DNA of 64,000 nt. Source: Octopus vulgaris (Eukaryota). The translations under genes were made by a program, and so were the position numbers. Under the pieces are notes generated by a model that was not told the origin of the DNA, did no database searches, and was given only the letters and a program-made list of their open reading frames with translations. Where the stretch lies: assembly GCA_951406725.2 (NCBI GenBank), contig OX597820.1, positions 88,040,001 to 88,104,000 on the forward strand. The letters are read 5' to 3'. Position 1 is the first letter of the stretch. Each line of letters begins with the position of its first letter. Shown here one piece after another: positions 24,390 through 36,185 of the stretch.

Positions 24390-24551
24390 GGCGCAGGAGT
24401 GGCTGTGTGGTGAGTAGCTTGCTAACCAGCCACATGGTTCCGGGTTCACTCCCACTGCGTGGCATCTTGGGCAAGTGTCTTCTGCTATAGCCCCGGGCCG
24501 ACCAATGCCTTGTGAGTGGATTTGGTAGACGGAAACTGAAAGAAGCCTGTC

Positions 24552-24650
<99 letters not shown>

Positions 24651-24855
24651 TGTGTCTGTGTTTGTCCCCCTAGCATTGCTTGACAACCAATGCTGGTGTG
24701 TTTACGTCCCGTCACTTAGCGGTTCGGCAAAAGAGACCGATAGAATAAGTACTGGGCTTACAAAGAATAAGACCCGGGGTCGATTTGCTCGACTAAAGGC
24801 GGTGCTCCAGCATGGCCGCAGTCAAATGACTGAACCAAGTAAAAGAGTAAAAGAG
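24390..24855 (+). mobile_element. SINE family A (tRNA head, CORE-like box, internal microsatellite), full length
   Basis: A and B boxes, ATCTTGGGCAAGT CORE-like motif, internal (TA)n(TG)n, tail ending (GTAAAAGA)n. Confidence 0.9.
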
Positions 24856-24901
24856 AGAGAGTTCGTACAAGCACCACCAACCAACGCCAAAACACACACT
24901 T

Positions 24902-24961
24902 CGCCGCTGCCGCCGCCGCTGCCGCCGCCGCTGCCGCCGCCGCTGCCGCTGCCGCCGCCGC
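24902..24961. repeat. (CCG/CTG)n trinucleotide tract
   Basis: Direct reading. Confidence 0.9.
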
Positions 24962-25019
24962 TTTGGCCACCTCCACACTGCCCCACCGACCACTTGTATA
25001 TGACTTTTTAAGTTGCTAC

Positions 25020-25215
25020 CTTCTGTCTGTTTCACTGTTTGTGTGTATACATGCGTACCCGAAATGGTCGTGACTTCTAGTACCTGACTGAAGTAAGAAA
25101 GCCAAGAATGACCCATCTTTTTGTGCGTGTCCTTCTAATTGTTGTTTCTCTTGTCCGCCTTTGTGTCGTCTATCTGTCCGAACGTTTTAATACCCACTAT
25201 TGTGTTTTTGTTCTC
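25020..25215 (+). mobile_element. Probable Penelope-like pseudo-LTR remnant
   Basis: CGAAA-N23-CTGAAG followed by a TGTCC-rich tract. Confidence 0.35.
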
Positions 25216-25227
25216 TCTCTATATATA

Positions 25228-25262
<35 letters not shown>

Positions 25263-25264
<2 letters not shown>

Positions 25265-25570
25265 AGGCGCAATGGCCCAGTGGTTAGGGCAACGGACTCG
25301 CGGTCGTAGGATCGCGGTTTCGATTCCCAGATCGGGCGTTCTGAGTGTTTATTGAGCGAAAACGCCTAAAGCTCCACGAGGTTCTGGCAGGGGGGGGGGC
25401 GATCCCTGCTGTACTCTTTCGCCACAACTTTCTCTCACTCTTTCTTCTGTTGGCCTGCTCGCTTAGCCAGCGGGGTGGCGTCATTTAAAGGCTAAAACAA
25501 TGCGAAACGCATTGTGACCAGCGATGTGTAGCAACATCAGATAGCCTGGTCGCACGGTGATCACGATGAT
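25263..25570 (+). mobile_element. SINE family C, tail type 1
   Basis: tRNA-like head GGAGGCGCAATGGCCCAGTGGTTAGG..GGTTTCGATTCC; near-identical to 48960-49253. Confidence 0.9.
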
Positions 25571-25637
25571 ATATATATATATATATGCTTACTACTGGTT
25601 CAAATTGGTATTATTTAATAATGTCAATTTCTACTCT

Positions 25638-25695
<58 letters not shown>

Positions 25696-25949
25696 ACACA
25701 CACACAAATATATTAGAGGCTTTTTCATATACGAGCAAAACGATTGCTAGAAAGAATCACTGAAATGAGTCATTGTTGACGCAATGTGAGACACATGTAT
25801 GACTCTTGTGCCCTGCGTATTCTATTGCATAATATACAGCTGTGCTGGCTGGCAGAAGGAACAGGTGCCACAGTATGAACTCTTTTGACATGCCTTTCCA
25901 GTCCTCCAACCGAGAGGCACGCCTTTCCACGTGTTGTACATGTTCTATT

Positions 25950-26790
25950 GTGAACAATAGCCATATCACAATTTACCATGGGTCGATTCTTGTGATTTCT
26001 CTGATGGCTTACCAGGCCCACACGACTCAAGCACACCCCCCCACACACACACACAAACAACAGACACGAAAACCAGCATTCAGTCATTTTCCACAGGTTC
26101 ATTCCTTCTAAGCTTTCTTCTAATCTTCTCGTGCTTCATTCTCTCTCTCTCTTTCAAACCTCGAACAACCACTGTACACTTTCTTCCTCCACCCACCTCG
26201 GTCTTGTGCCTCCCTCTCCCAATCAACAACTGAAATTCCTGTCTGTGTCAGAGCAATTCTCATTTTGGGTTTATTTGCTGGTCTCCTGCCATCTTCCAGC
26301 TCACCATACAAAAGTTGCTTGAGAAGTCTTTCATCATTCATTCTTACCAGATGTTCACCCCACCTCAAACGACTTTGCAGAATCATTGATTCTATTCGTC
26401 TACCACCACATCTCTCAAGTACTTCTACATCACTGATGGCCATTTTCCAATTTATCCCAAGAATTTTTCTTAGACAATATTGATGAGATCGTTTCAAATA
26501 CCTTAAATGCCTACTATAAGCAACCCATATCTGACTTCCATATAGCACGGATGGCAGGACATGGAATGATATACTATGGCTTGACCAGAGACGCCTGTCA
26601 AGCTTATCAAAAGCACTACTGGCCTTGCTGATTGTAAATGAAATTTCATCATCAAGACCGGCAGTGCTAAAAGTACTTCCTCAATAAATGAATTTAGTTA
26701 CAACTTCTAACCTTTGACCATTCACACTTAGAAAAGGTCCCATATAAAGCTTAGGGGGAGTATGCTGGTACATTAGGACAGGTTTTTCAA
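25950..26790 (-). mobile_element. RTE (BovB-like) LINE 3' fragment
   Basis: LYGSQIW..HQYCLRKILGINW..SRLRWGEHLVRM..KQLLYGEL and a C-terminal CxxC..SHQRNH. Confidence 0.9.
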
Positions 26791-27153
26791 ACAACCACAC
26801 CTATGTCAATGTATTAGAAATATAATTTAATTGTTTATTCTTTCTGTACGACCTTGTATCACATGATGTGCAACACGGTACTTGGAGACCCCTGCACTAC
26901 AAATCTCATCGGAGGTCCACAATGGAGTATTACTCTCATTATATTTGGAACGGAGCTTTTACTGCACGTTTAGTCATACAAGACTGTGATGAGTAAAAAA
27001 AGCTACACTCCTGATTGTCTTTCGCCATAAGCGAGTAGGTCTTCCCTCTGCATCCCGGAACTGGCTGGATTCATGCCATCTTCGCTCAACCATTAGTCCC
27101 AGTCGTCTCTCTTTTCTCATGATGTTTGTTGAACATACTCTCTACAATTCACT

Positions 27154-27540
27154 GGAGGTGCAATGGCCCAGTGGTTAGGGCAGCGGACTCGCGGTCATAG
27201 GATCGCGGTTTCGATTCCCAGACCGGGTGTTGTGAGTGTTTATTGAGCGAAAACACCTAAAAGCTCCACGAGGCTCCGGCAGGGGATGGTGGTGATCCCT
27301 GCTGTACTCTTTCACCACAACTTTCTCTCACTCTTACTTCCTGTTTCTGTTGTACCTGTATTTCAAGGGGCCGGCCTTGTCACTCTCTGTGTCACGCTGA
27401 ATATCCCCGAGAACTACGTTAAGGGTGCACGTGTCTGTGGAGTGCTCAGCCACTTACACGTTAATTTCACGAGCAGGCTGTTCCGTTGATTCGGATCAAC
27501 CGGAACCCTCATCGTCGTAACCGACGGAGTGCTTCCACCA
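27154..27540 (+). mobile_element. SINE family C, tail type 2, with 12-bp TSD
   Basis: TSD CTACAATTCACT at 27142-27153 and 27541-27552; head shared with the 25263 copy but a different 3' half. Confidence 0.9.
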
Positions 27541-28323
27541 CTACAATTCACTACACGCAGCATTTTCTCTTCAGAATCTCGCGTGGAATCCTCTTGATTA
27601 TACAATTTGTCCAACCGGAGAACCATAATATGACTACTTGGTCCACTAGAAGTAGAGGCTAAATCTCGCTCACAACATAAATGAATTGACACAAAAGACA
27701 GGGAAAGATAACAGCAATGAAATATTATTTTAATATTTACATTAGAAAGAGCATCAAAGAAAAGAGATCAGTTGGATTTACGATCAAAGAGATAAGTTGT
27801 TTTTTTTTTTTTTTATCTTACTGAGACAGACAGTGGTTTCGTGTTTCTCGTTTTGAATAGTTTAAGTATCAGAGTTAGCCGTCTCAGTGTATAATGGTTG
27901 ATATGAGTGGAAGCAAGGAAGAAACGTCAGACAATTTAGATGAACAAAAATTTATAGACAAAAGCAATTTGAAGAAAGCCTACAAACAAGTTTGCGTGCG
28001 TGCGCGCGTGTGTGTGTATGTGTGTGTGTGCGCGAACATATTTGAGAGCGTGTGTGTGTGTGTGTATAAGGGAGAGTGAGATATATGTTGTACATAAACA
28101 ACATTCTTAGTCCCAAACATATTGTACCCTTATAACTAAAGACGTATTGTCAAATTTCATTTGCAGCTATTGTGATTATATGAAAACTATCGAACAATTA
28201 AGGAAGCAACTACTTTACTTCATTAGACTTAACTGAAAAGCTGCACTCTGTGCCGAACTCATTGGGCTTACGGCACATAACTAAAAAGAGCTAATAGCAT
28301 AACTATAATATGTCTATTACAGT

Positions 28324-28660
28324 GAAGGCGCGTGGCTCAGTGGTTAGAGCGTCGGGCTTACGATCGTGAGGTTGTGAGCTCGAATCCCGGACCGGACTGC
28401 GTGTTGTGTTCTTGAGCAAGACGCTTTATTTCACGTTGCCCCAGTTCACTCAGCTGTAGAAATGAGTTGCGATGTCACAGGTGCCAAGCTGTATCGGCCC
28501 TTGCCTTTCCCTTAGATAACACTGGTGGCGTGGAGAGGGGAGGCCAGTATGCATGGGCTACTGCTGGTCTTCCATAAAAAAACAATCTTGCCCAGACTTG
28601 TGCCTCAGAGGGTAACTCTCTAGGTGCAAGCCCATGGTCAGTGTCTGACCGAAGGGGGTC
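28324..28660 (+). mobile_element. SINE family D (tRNA head, V/CORE-like central box)
   Basis: TGGCTCAGTGG A-box, AGCTCGAATCC B-box, GTGTTCTTGAGCAAGACGCTTTATTTCAC central motif. Confidence 0.85.
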
Positions 28661-29254
28661 ACAATCAATATGTCTATAATGACTATATGCCCCGCTAGTG
28701 TTTCATCAGACGTTAAGCATAGATGAAAGTTAATTCTGTAATGCAATCATTCTATTGATCCAGTCCCAAGTTGAATTCCAACTGTTGGCCAATATGTCCC
28801 AAATTCTTATCGGGACGTAAAATGAATGAAGCGAATGTCATTTATCTCCCCCCTTCATCTCTAACGTCATCTGACAAACACCAAGCAAGATGGCGGGAAT
28901 CAGCCAAGCTTTACCTGCTAAAAGTAGCGACCAAAATATTTCTAAATCAGATCCCAATACTGGATGTTCAAGAATCAAATGAAGGGCATATTTTCAATCC
29001 CGAGGTCATTCTCACTCCAAAAAAGTATATGTCTCTGTAAACGAAACGTAGACTGAGATAGAGGGGACGCAATCAGACAGAATTTCGCCTTTATTATAAT
29101 TGAAATTACAAGAAAATATTATCAAACATTTTAATAGCAGCAAACTTGTGTTTTAAATACTTACCGAGTTCTTAACCCTACTCTCTACCTTTACCTATGG
29201 AATACATGTTGCATAAACATCATTTCGTGTTCATCAGGCGCTGATCGGCAGATT

Positions 29255-29430
29255 GGTTAGCAAGCCGGCGGTATTTCGTATAGCTTTGCAATCTGAGTTC
29301 AAATTCCACAGAGGTTGATGGTTTCCTTAGTTCTTTTGTTGTTAAACTAAGTGCCAATCAAGCATTTGGGTCAATATGATCGACTACTCACTCCACCAAA
29401 TTTTAATCCTTGTTCCTATAGTAGAAAGGA
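29255..29430 (+). mobile_element. Old SINE family B copy
   Basis: CTGAGTTCAAATTCCACAGAGGTTGA. Confidence 0.65.
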
Positions 29431-29699
29431 ACATTTCCTGTACGAATTTTGTTTACCGATCCTTACTATCATATCCCCTTACAGTCACACGATTGTTTAC
29501 AATGAATTATTTTGTATGAATATATCGAGAGTGGAGTATCGTTTCTGGTTGGAACCTCCAGGTTTCCTGCCCTGAAATTGCCTGTTTAAGAATTCATACG
29601 GTTAAAGGAACAATACCGGACACCTTGTAACTATGTTATGGTACCAACCAGCATGTTACAGAGGGTGTTTAAGAACTCAAAGGTGCATAAAACAGCAGA

Positions 29700-30100
29700 C
29701 CCACACAATTGTATCCCCAGCTTTGTTTCCTGATAACTTCCAGAAAAATAGGTATATTTTTAATGAAATTTTCTTCAAATGCCCCTCAGATGGTGTAGAA
29801 TACGATTATATCGGAATTTAACGTGAAAAAAAAAATGAAACAATTCGCGAAATTACACACACATACACTGACACACATAACATATATACCCTCAAAATAG
29901 GACTTGACATTTTGAAAAACATTGGGATGTGTGTCAGTGTATATGTGGGTAACCTCTATTCTTTTCACATTAAATTCCGATAGTGTCGTAATGTACACTG
30001 TCTGAGAGGTGTTTGTAGAGTATTTCCTTAAAAGATATCCCTTTTTTTTTTCTGAAAATTAGGAGGAAACAATTGTGCGGAGGGCACACTTGTGGGGGGT
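29700..30100. mobile_element. Foldback non-autonomous DNA transposon with arms over 100 bp
   Basis: CTCAGATGGTGTAGAATACGATTATATCGGAATTTAACGTGAAAA pairs with TTTTCACATTAAATTCCGATAGTGTCGTAATGTACACTGTCTGAG. Confidence 0.75.
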
Positions 30101-30613
30101 CCGCTCAAAAGTATCCCCACAAACACCAAAAACAAGGTGAAGATGACTCTGACTTCACTCTAGTCTTCAGGTGTCCGGGTGCGTCCCCCAGCGCACACAT
30201 TTCCTATAGCCTCTAATCACAGCGAAAGGTCGAAAGAGACTGAATATCATTTGAAACGAAGGTTTTGGAGGAAACATTTCCGATACTGTGACGTCATAAT
30301 GACACTATGAAGAAACATAGAAATCTCTGGACTAGACAAAAAAATTATTGAATGAATTTCACACATAAACGCTACACGCCCAAGCACGCAAGATCTCAAA
30401 CGCACGTACACAAACAAATATTTGCATATATGAAGTATACAGTTACATTAATGTGTGTATGTGTGCTTGTGTGTATGTGTGTTTGTGTGTGTGTGTCCGT
30501 GTGTATGTGGTGTGTGTGTGCGTGCGTGCCGTGTGTGCTTGCTTGCGTGCGTGTGTGTGTGTGTGTGTATTTGTGTGAGTGTGCATACCTGTCTGTCAAC
30601 ATATACAGATATT

Positions 30614-30812
30614 AAGGCGGCGAGCTGGCAGAATCGTTAGGATGCTGGGCAAAATGCTTAGCGGTATTTCGTCTGCCGTTACGTTCTTAGTTCAAATTCC
30701 ACCGAGGTCGACTTTGCCTTTCATCCTTTCCGGGTCGATAAAATAAGTACCAGTTGAACACTGGAGTCGATGTCATCGAAATTGCTGGCCTTGTGCCAAA
30801 ATTTGAAATCCA
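30614..30812 (+). mobile_element. SINE family B copy
   Basis: Head and central domain as at 15901. Confidence 0.88.
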
Positions 30813-30844
30813 TATACATATATATGTATATATATATATTTATA

Positions 30845-30922
<78 letters not shown>

Positions 30923-30995
30923 TGTTAAAATAGTTGTATATAGTTATCTTCTTTCTCCTTGATTTTCGTAGAGATATTCACATCAGCAGGACAGT

Positions 30996-31223
30996 CTTTT
31001 TACTCTTTTACTTGTTTCAGTCATTTGACTGTGGACATGCTGGAGCACAGCCTTTAGTCATGCAAGTCGACTCCAGCACTTAGCCTTTGTAAGCTTAGTA
31101 CTTACTCTATCGGTCTCTTTTGCCGAACCGCTATGTTACGGGGACGTAAACACACCAGCATCGGTTGCCAAGCCATGTTGGGGGTAGGACAAACACAGAC
31201 ACACAAACATAAACACACAAACT

Positions 31224-31279
<56 letters not shown>

Positions 31280-31468
31280 TACATATATATACATATACAT
31301 ATATACGACGGGCTTCTTTCAGTTTCCGTCTACCAAATCCACTCACAAGGCTTTGGTCGGCCCGAGGCTATAGCAGAAGACATTTGCCCAAGGTGCTACG
31401 CAATGGGACTGAACCCGGAACCATGTGGTTCGTAAGCAAGCTGCTTACTACACAGCCACTCCTACGCC
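30996..31468 (-). mobile_element. SINE family A, full length
   Basis: Reverse complement of the 24390 copy. Confidence 0.9.
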
Positions 31469-31806
31469 ATTGCATACTGTTTTTGCGACAACGTCATGTC
31501 TCATAAAGTCCTATTACCTTGATGGCATTTTTAGGCAGCCGTTAATCACGTCTGATGTCTTCGACAGAAATTTGACAATCTACATTTGCAATTGCAACTT
31601 GGAACTCTTTTATGTATGTACATGGGTGTATGTGTGCGCGTGTGTGAATGTGTGTGTATGTGTGTGCGCGCGCGCGTCTACCGTCGATCTGTATTGGCGA
31701 GGGAACTGGATAACTTCTATACCATAAAACTCCCTTGAGTTATTTGTTCTACATGGAGTAGCAGGCATTCCCTTGTCTCTTTCGTCGTCAGAAATACAGA
31801 AACTAG

Positions 31807-32438
31807 GCGACGAGCTGGCAGAAACGTTAGCACGCCGGGCGAAATGCGTAACAGTATTTCGTCTGCCGTTACGTTCTGAGTTCAAATTCCGCTGAGGTAC
31901 TTTGCATCTCATCCTTTCGGGGTCGATAAATTAAGTACCTATTTCTTTACTACCCACAAGGGGCTAAACACAGAGAGGACAAACAAGGACAGACAAACGC
32001 GTTAAGTCGATTATATCGACACCAGTGTGTAACTGGTACTTAATTTATCGACTCCGAAAAGATGAGAGGCAAAGTCGACCTCGGCGGAATTTGAACTCAG
32101 AACGTAGTGGCAGACGAAATACCTATTTCTTTACTACCCACAAGGGGCTAAACACAGAGGAGACAAACAAGGACAGAAAAACGGATTAAGTCAATTACAT
32201 CGACCCCAGTGCGTAACTGGTACTTAATTTATCGACCCCGAAAGGATGAAAGGCAAAGTCGACCTCGGCGGAATTTGAACTCAGAACGTAACGGCAGACG
32301 AAATACGGGTATGCATTTCTCCTGGCGTGCTAACGTTTCTGCCAGCTCGCGTACCGGTTGCGCACTGGGGTCGATGTAATCGACTTAATCCCTTAGTCTG
32401 TCCTGGTTTGTTCCCTCTGTGGGCAATAAACAAATAAA
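31807..32438. mobile_element. Nested SINE family B: an outer + copy holding two - copies (31940-32123 and 32124-32350)
   Basis: Outer TSD AAATACAGAAACTAG (31792-31806, 32439-32453); inner TSD GTACC (31935-31939, 32351-32355). Confidence 0.9.
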
Positions 32439-32662
32439 AAATACAGAAACTAGCGATTGGTCTCTTGTTGGTAGTTTATAACTGACAGCGCTATTGTGCA
32501 TTAAATAGATATATTTTTTAATAAAACATTTAGATTTTATTCTCGAGTTCTGATTTTCTCTCTCTCTCTCTCTCATTCTCATTTTTTTTCTCACTCACCC
32601 TCTCTTCTTCTCCCTCATACGCCCACGCTCACTCTCTCTCCCTATCTCTCTCTCTCTCTCTC

Positions 32663-32704
<42 letters not shown>

Positions 32705-32779
32705 GTTATACACGTACTTGTTGTGAACCCCGGTATCAGTCGTTCAGGGTATTCAATGAAATACTTATTAGGTAGAGAT

Positions 32780-32924
32780 GAAGAGCAGCAGCGGCAGCAG
32801 CGGCTGCAGTAGCAGCAGCAGCAGCGGCGGCGGCAGCAGCAGAGGTATCTTCTTCGTCGTCATCATCATCGTCGTCTTCATCAACAACATAGTCGTTTGG
32901 ACCCTGCATAACGGGCCACCGCCG

Positions 32925-32955
<31 letters not shown>

Positions 32956-32997
32956 CGTCACCGTCGTCGTTGTCGTCGTCGTCGTCATCATCATCAA

Positions 32998-33054
<57 letters not shown>

Positions 33055-33384
33055 ATATCACAATCATGATTGATGTTATCAACTTATCAAACATCGTGGT
33101 CGTCATCATCGGTGTCAGCATCATCATCATCATCCTCATCGCCATCTGATTATCGTCGTCTTCATCGTCATCATCGTCGGTAAAATCGCTAGTACGCTGG
33201 ACGAAATGCTTAACAAGCATTTTGCTCGTCTCTAACGTTCTGAGTTCAAATTCCGTTGAGGTTGACTTTGTCTTTCATCCTTTCGGGATTGATAAATTAA
33301 GTACCAGTGAAACACTGGGGTCGATGCAATCGACTAGTCCTCTCCCCAAAACTTCAAACTTTGTGCCTTTACTAGAAAAGGATT

Positions 33385-33416
<32 letters not shown>

Positions 33417-33422
33417 CACCAC

Positions 33423-33472
<50 letters not shown>

Positions 33473-33530
33473 CCACCGGCAGCATCAACGGCGGCAATAG
33501 CAGTAGCAGCAACATCAACAACAACAACAA
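32780..33530. repeat. Compound trinucleotide low-complexity region (CAG, CAC, CGT, CAT, CAA) with a SINE B fragment at about 33185-33385
   Basis: Direct reading. Confidence 0.85.
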
Positions 33531-33914
33531 CTATAATATTTCATCCTGGGAAAGATTTTTTTTCCTTACAGTTCCAATGCAACCATTCTAAAACCATAGG
33601 TATATGTGTATATATATTCAACGTCAATTTTGGAAGACGATGTAAACTATCTTCCCTACCCGGCAGTCCTCCCCCACTTCTCTTCCCGTCCACCCGTCCC
33701 CCACCCTGTCTATCCACCGCCGCCCCTCTCTCTCTCTTTCTCTTTTAGTCAATTCTTCCTTAAAATACATAGCTTCATACTCCACCCTTCTTGCAACAAT
33801 ACTTGATTCTGTAGAGAACATTCCCCGCATTTCTAAAACCACAGAATTTCCATTAGTTACATTTTTTTTTTCGCTGTTTATTATAAATTCTTGTGAACAT
33901 GTGTGTATGTGTAT

Positions 33915-33945
<31 letters not shown>

Positions 33946-34087
33946 CGCGTGTGTGTGTGTGTGTGTGTGTGTGTGCATACTCAGATACATACATACATAC
34001 ACACGCACACAAATATATACACATATATATTACACAGACACAGATATATACATGTGTTTGTGAGTATTTAAACACACATACACACAG

Positions 34088-34161
<74 letters not shown>

Positions 34162-34309
34162 ACATGTATACATACATACACACATACATATATGTAAATA
34201 TATATACATATGTATGTGTATAATTATATATACATATATGTATATATATATATATGTATGTATTATATATATGTATACATATATATGCATACATATACAT
34301 ACATATACA

Positions 34310-34344
<35 letters not shown>

Positions 34345-34367
34345 GTATGTATATGTATGTATGTATG

Positions 34368-34419
<52 letters not shown>

Positions 34420-34564
34420 GGCGGTGCCCTAGCATGGCCTTGGCAGTGATGTTGAAAACAAAAAAGTAATGTAAATGTGTATGTGCGCGCGTGCTTGTGT
34501 ATGTTTATGTGCTTCTATCTATCTGTCTATCTACCTATTTCTCTCTCTCTCTCTCTCGCTATAC

Positions 34565-34626
<62 letters not shown>

Positions 34627-35136
34627 TTATATATATGCATGCATACATACGTGCGTACATATGAACACTACACACTCGCATATGCACGCGCGCGCACACA
34701 CACACGCATACTTACACACGCACACACATTCTCACAGAAGCACAACTTTAACCCGGCCTTTTCTGGGTGTCACCCTTAGCCATCCCTACTGGGTAGTTCA
34801 CCTCGTGCTGACAGACAATGAACTTGATGAGTCCTGTTTGCAAGCCCGCAACAACAGCAGCAGCAGCAGCAGCAGCAACAGCAACAACAAGAGCAACAAG
34901 AGACGAACCTCGCCAACAACATCACAGACTAACACTTGCAATAACAATAAGCGGAAAATGATTAAACGAAAAAAAAGGTAGATGCAAAGAAATGGTTTTG
35001 AAGGTTTTGAAGCAATGCTTGGAGGCATCCCAGTGAAATACAAGGCTGTCAGGTTGGTTCTTCACTGAATCTTTTTACAGTTTCTCTAACTTTCTCTCTC
35101 TCTCTCTTTTAATATCTCTCCTCGCCCCTCTCTTTT

Positions 35137-35177
<41 letters not shown>

Positions 35178-35182
<5 letters not shown>

Positions 35183-35668
35183 TTGGTCTCTGTTGGTATA
35201 TGCCTCTCTCTCTCTCTCTTAGTACTTTTCTCTAAGCTGCTCTCTGAGCTTAGACCCTTACTGTCTCTCAGATTTCCCTCTTAATCAATGTCACTCTTTT
35301 CTGAAATCTCTCTTTTGCTCTCTCTCTCCCTCCCCCCTCTCTCTCTCCTCTCTCTCTCTCTCCCTCTTGGTCTCTGTTGGTATATGCCTCTCTCTCCCTC
35401 TCTTAGCACTTTTCTCTAAGCTGCTCTCTGAGCTTAGACTCTTACTGTCTCTCAGATTTCCCTCTTAATCAATCTGTCACTCTTTTCTGAAATCTCTCTT
35501 TTGCTCTCTCTCTCTCTCTCTCCCTCCCTCTTGGTCTCTGTTGGTATATGCCTCTCTCTCTCTCTCTCTTAGTACTTTTCTCTAAGCTGCTCTCTGAGCT
35601 TAGACTCTTACTGTCTCTCAGATATCCCTCTTAATCAATCTGTCACTCTTTTCTGAAATCTCTCTTTT

Positions 35669-35706
<38 letters not shown>

Positions 35707-35840
35707 TTGGTCTCTGTTGGTATATGCCTCTCTCTCTCTCTTAGCACTTTTCTCTAAACTGCTCTCTGAGCTTAGACTCTTACTGTCTCTCAGATTTCCC
35801 TCTTAATCAATCTGTCACTCTTTTCTGAAGTCTCTCTTTA
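35178..35840. repeat. Four tandem units of about 165-185 bp with variable (CT)n
   Basis: CCCTCTTGGTCTCTGTTGGTATATGCC starts near 35178, 35362, 35526 and 35702. Confidence 0.92.
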
Positions 35841-36185
35841 TTTTCATCACATCTATCCCCTTCTCATTAAGTTACTTCCAAAACTTATTTCTTGGCCAAA
35901 ATGAAGATAATTGCATGTATGTATGTATGTATGTATGTATGTATGTATGTATGTATGTATGTATGTATGTATTTATGTATGTGTTTATGTATGTGTGTAT
36001 GTATGTGTGTGTATGTATGTATATGTGTATGTATGTATGGGTATGCATGATGCATTATGTGTGTATGTACGTACACACATACACACACAAACACACGTGT
36101 GCAGTTTCTTGTGTTTATCTGATGGAAAGCTGTAAAAATATAACAAAATTTTGGTGATTTATTATGGATCTAGCAAACCGATATA

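Noticed and set aside
25263-25335. SINE heads (also 1768, 27154, 28324, 48960) as functional tRNA genes
   Set aside because: They have A and B boxes but no complete cloverleaf, and most continue into repeated SINE bodies.
30289-30296. Perfect CRE palindrome TGACGTCA
   Set aside because: One 8-mer in 64 kb is expected by chance, and there is no promoter context.
32768-33500. Poly-D, poly-S, poly-H and poly-Q ORFs as a low-complexity protein exon
   Set aside because: Compound trinucleotide repeats open on both strands and interrupted by a SINE; no splice evidence.
34740-35050. CAG/CAA-rich segment as a coding exon
   Set aside because: No convincing acceptor-donor pair or recognisable peptide.
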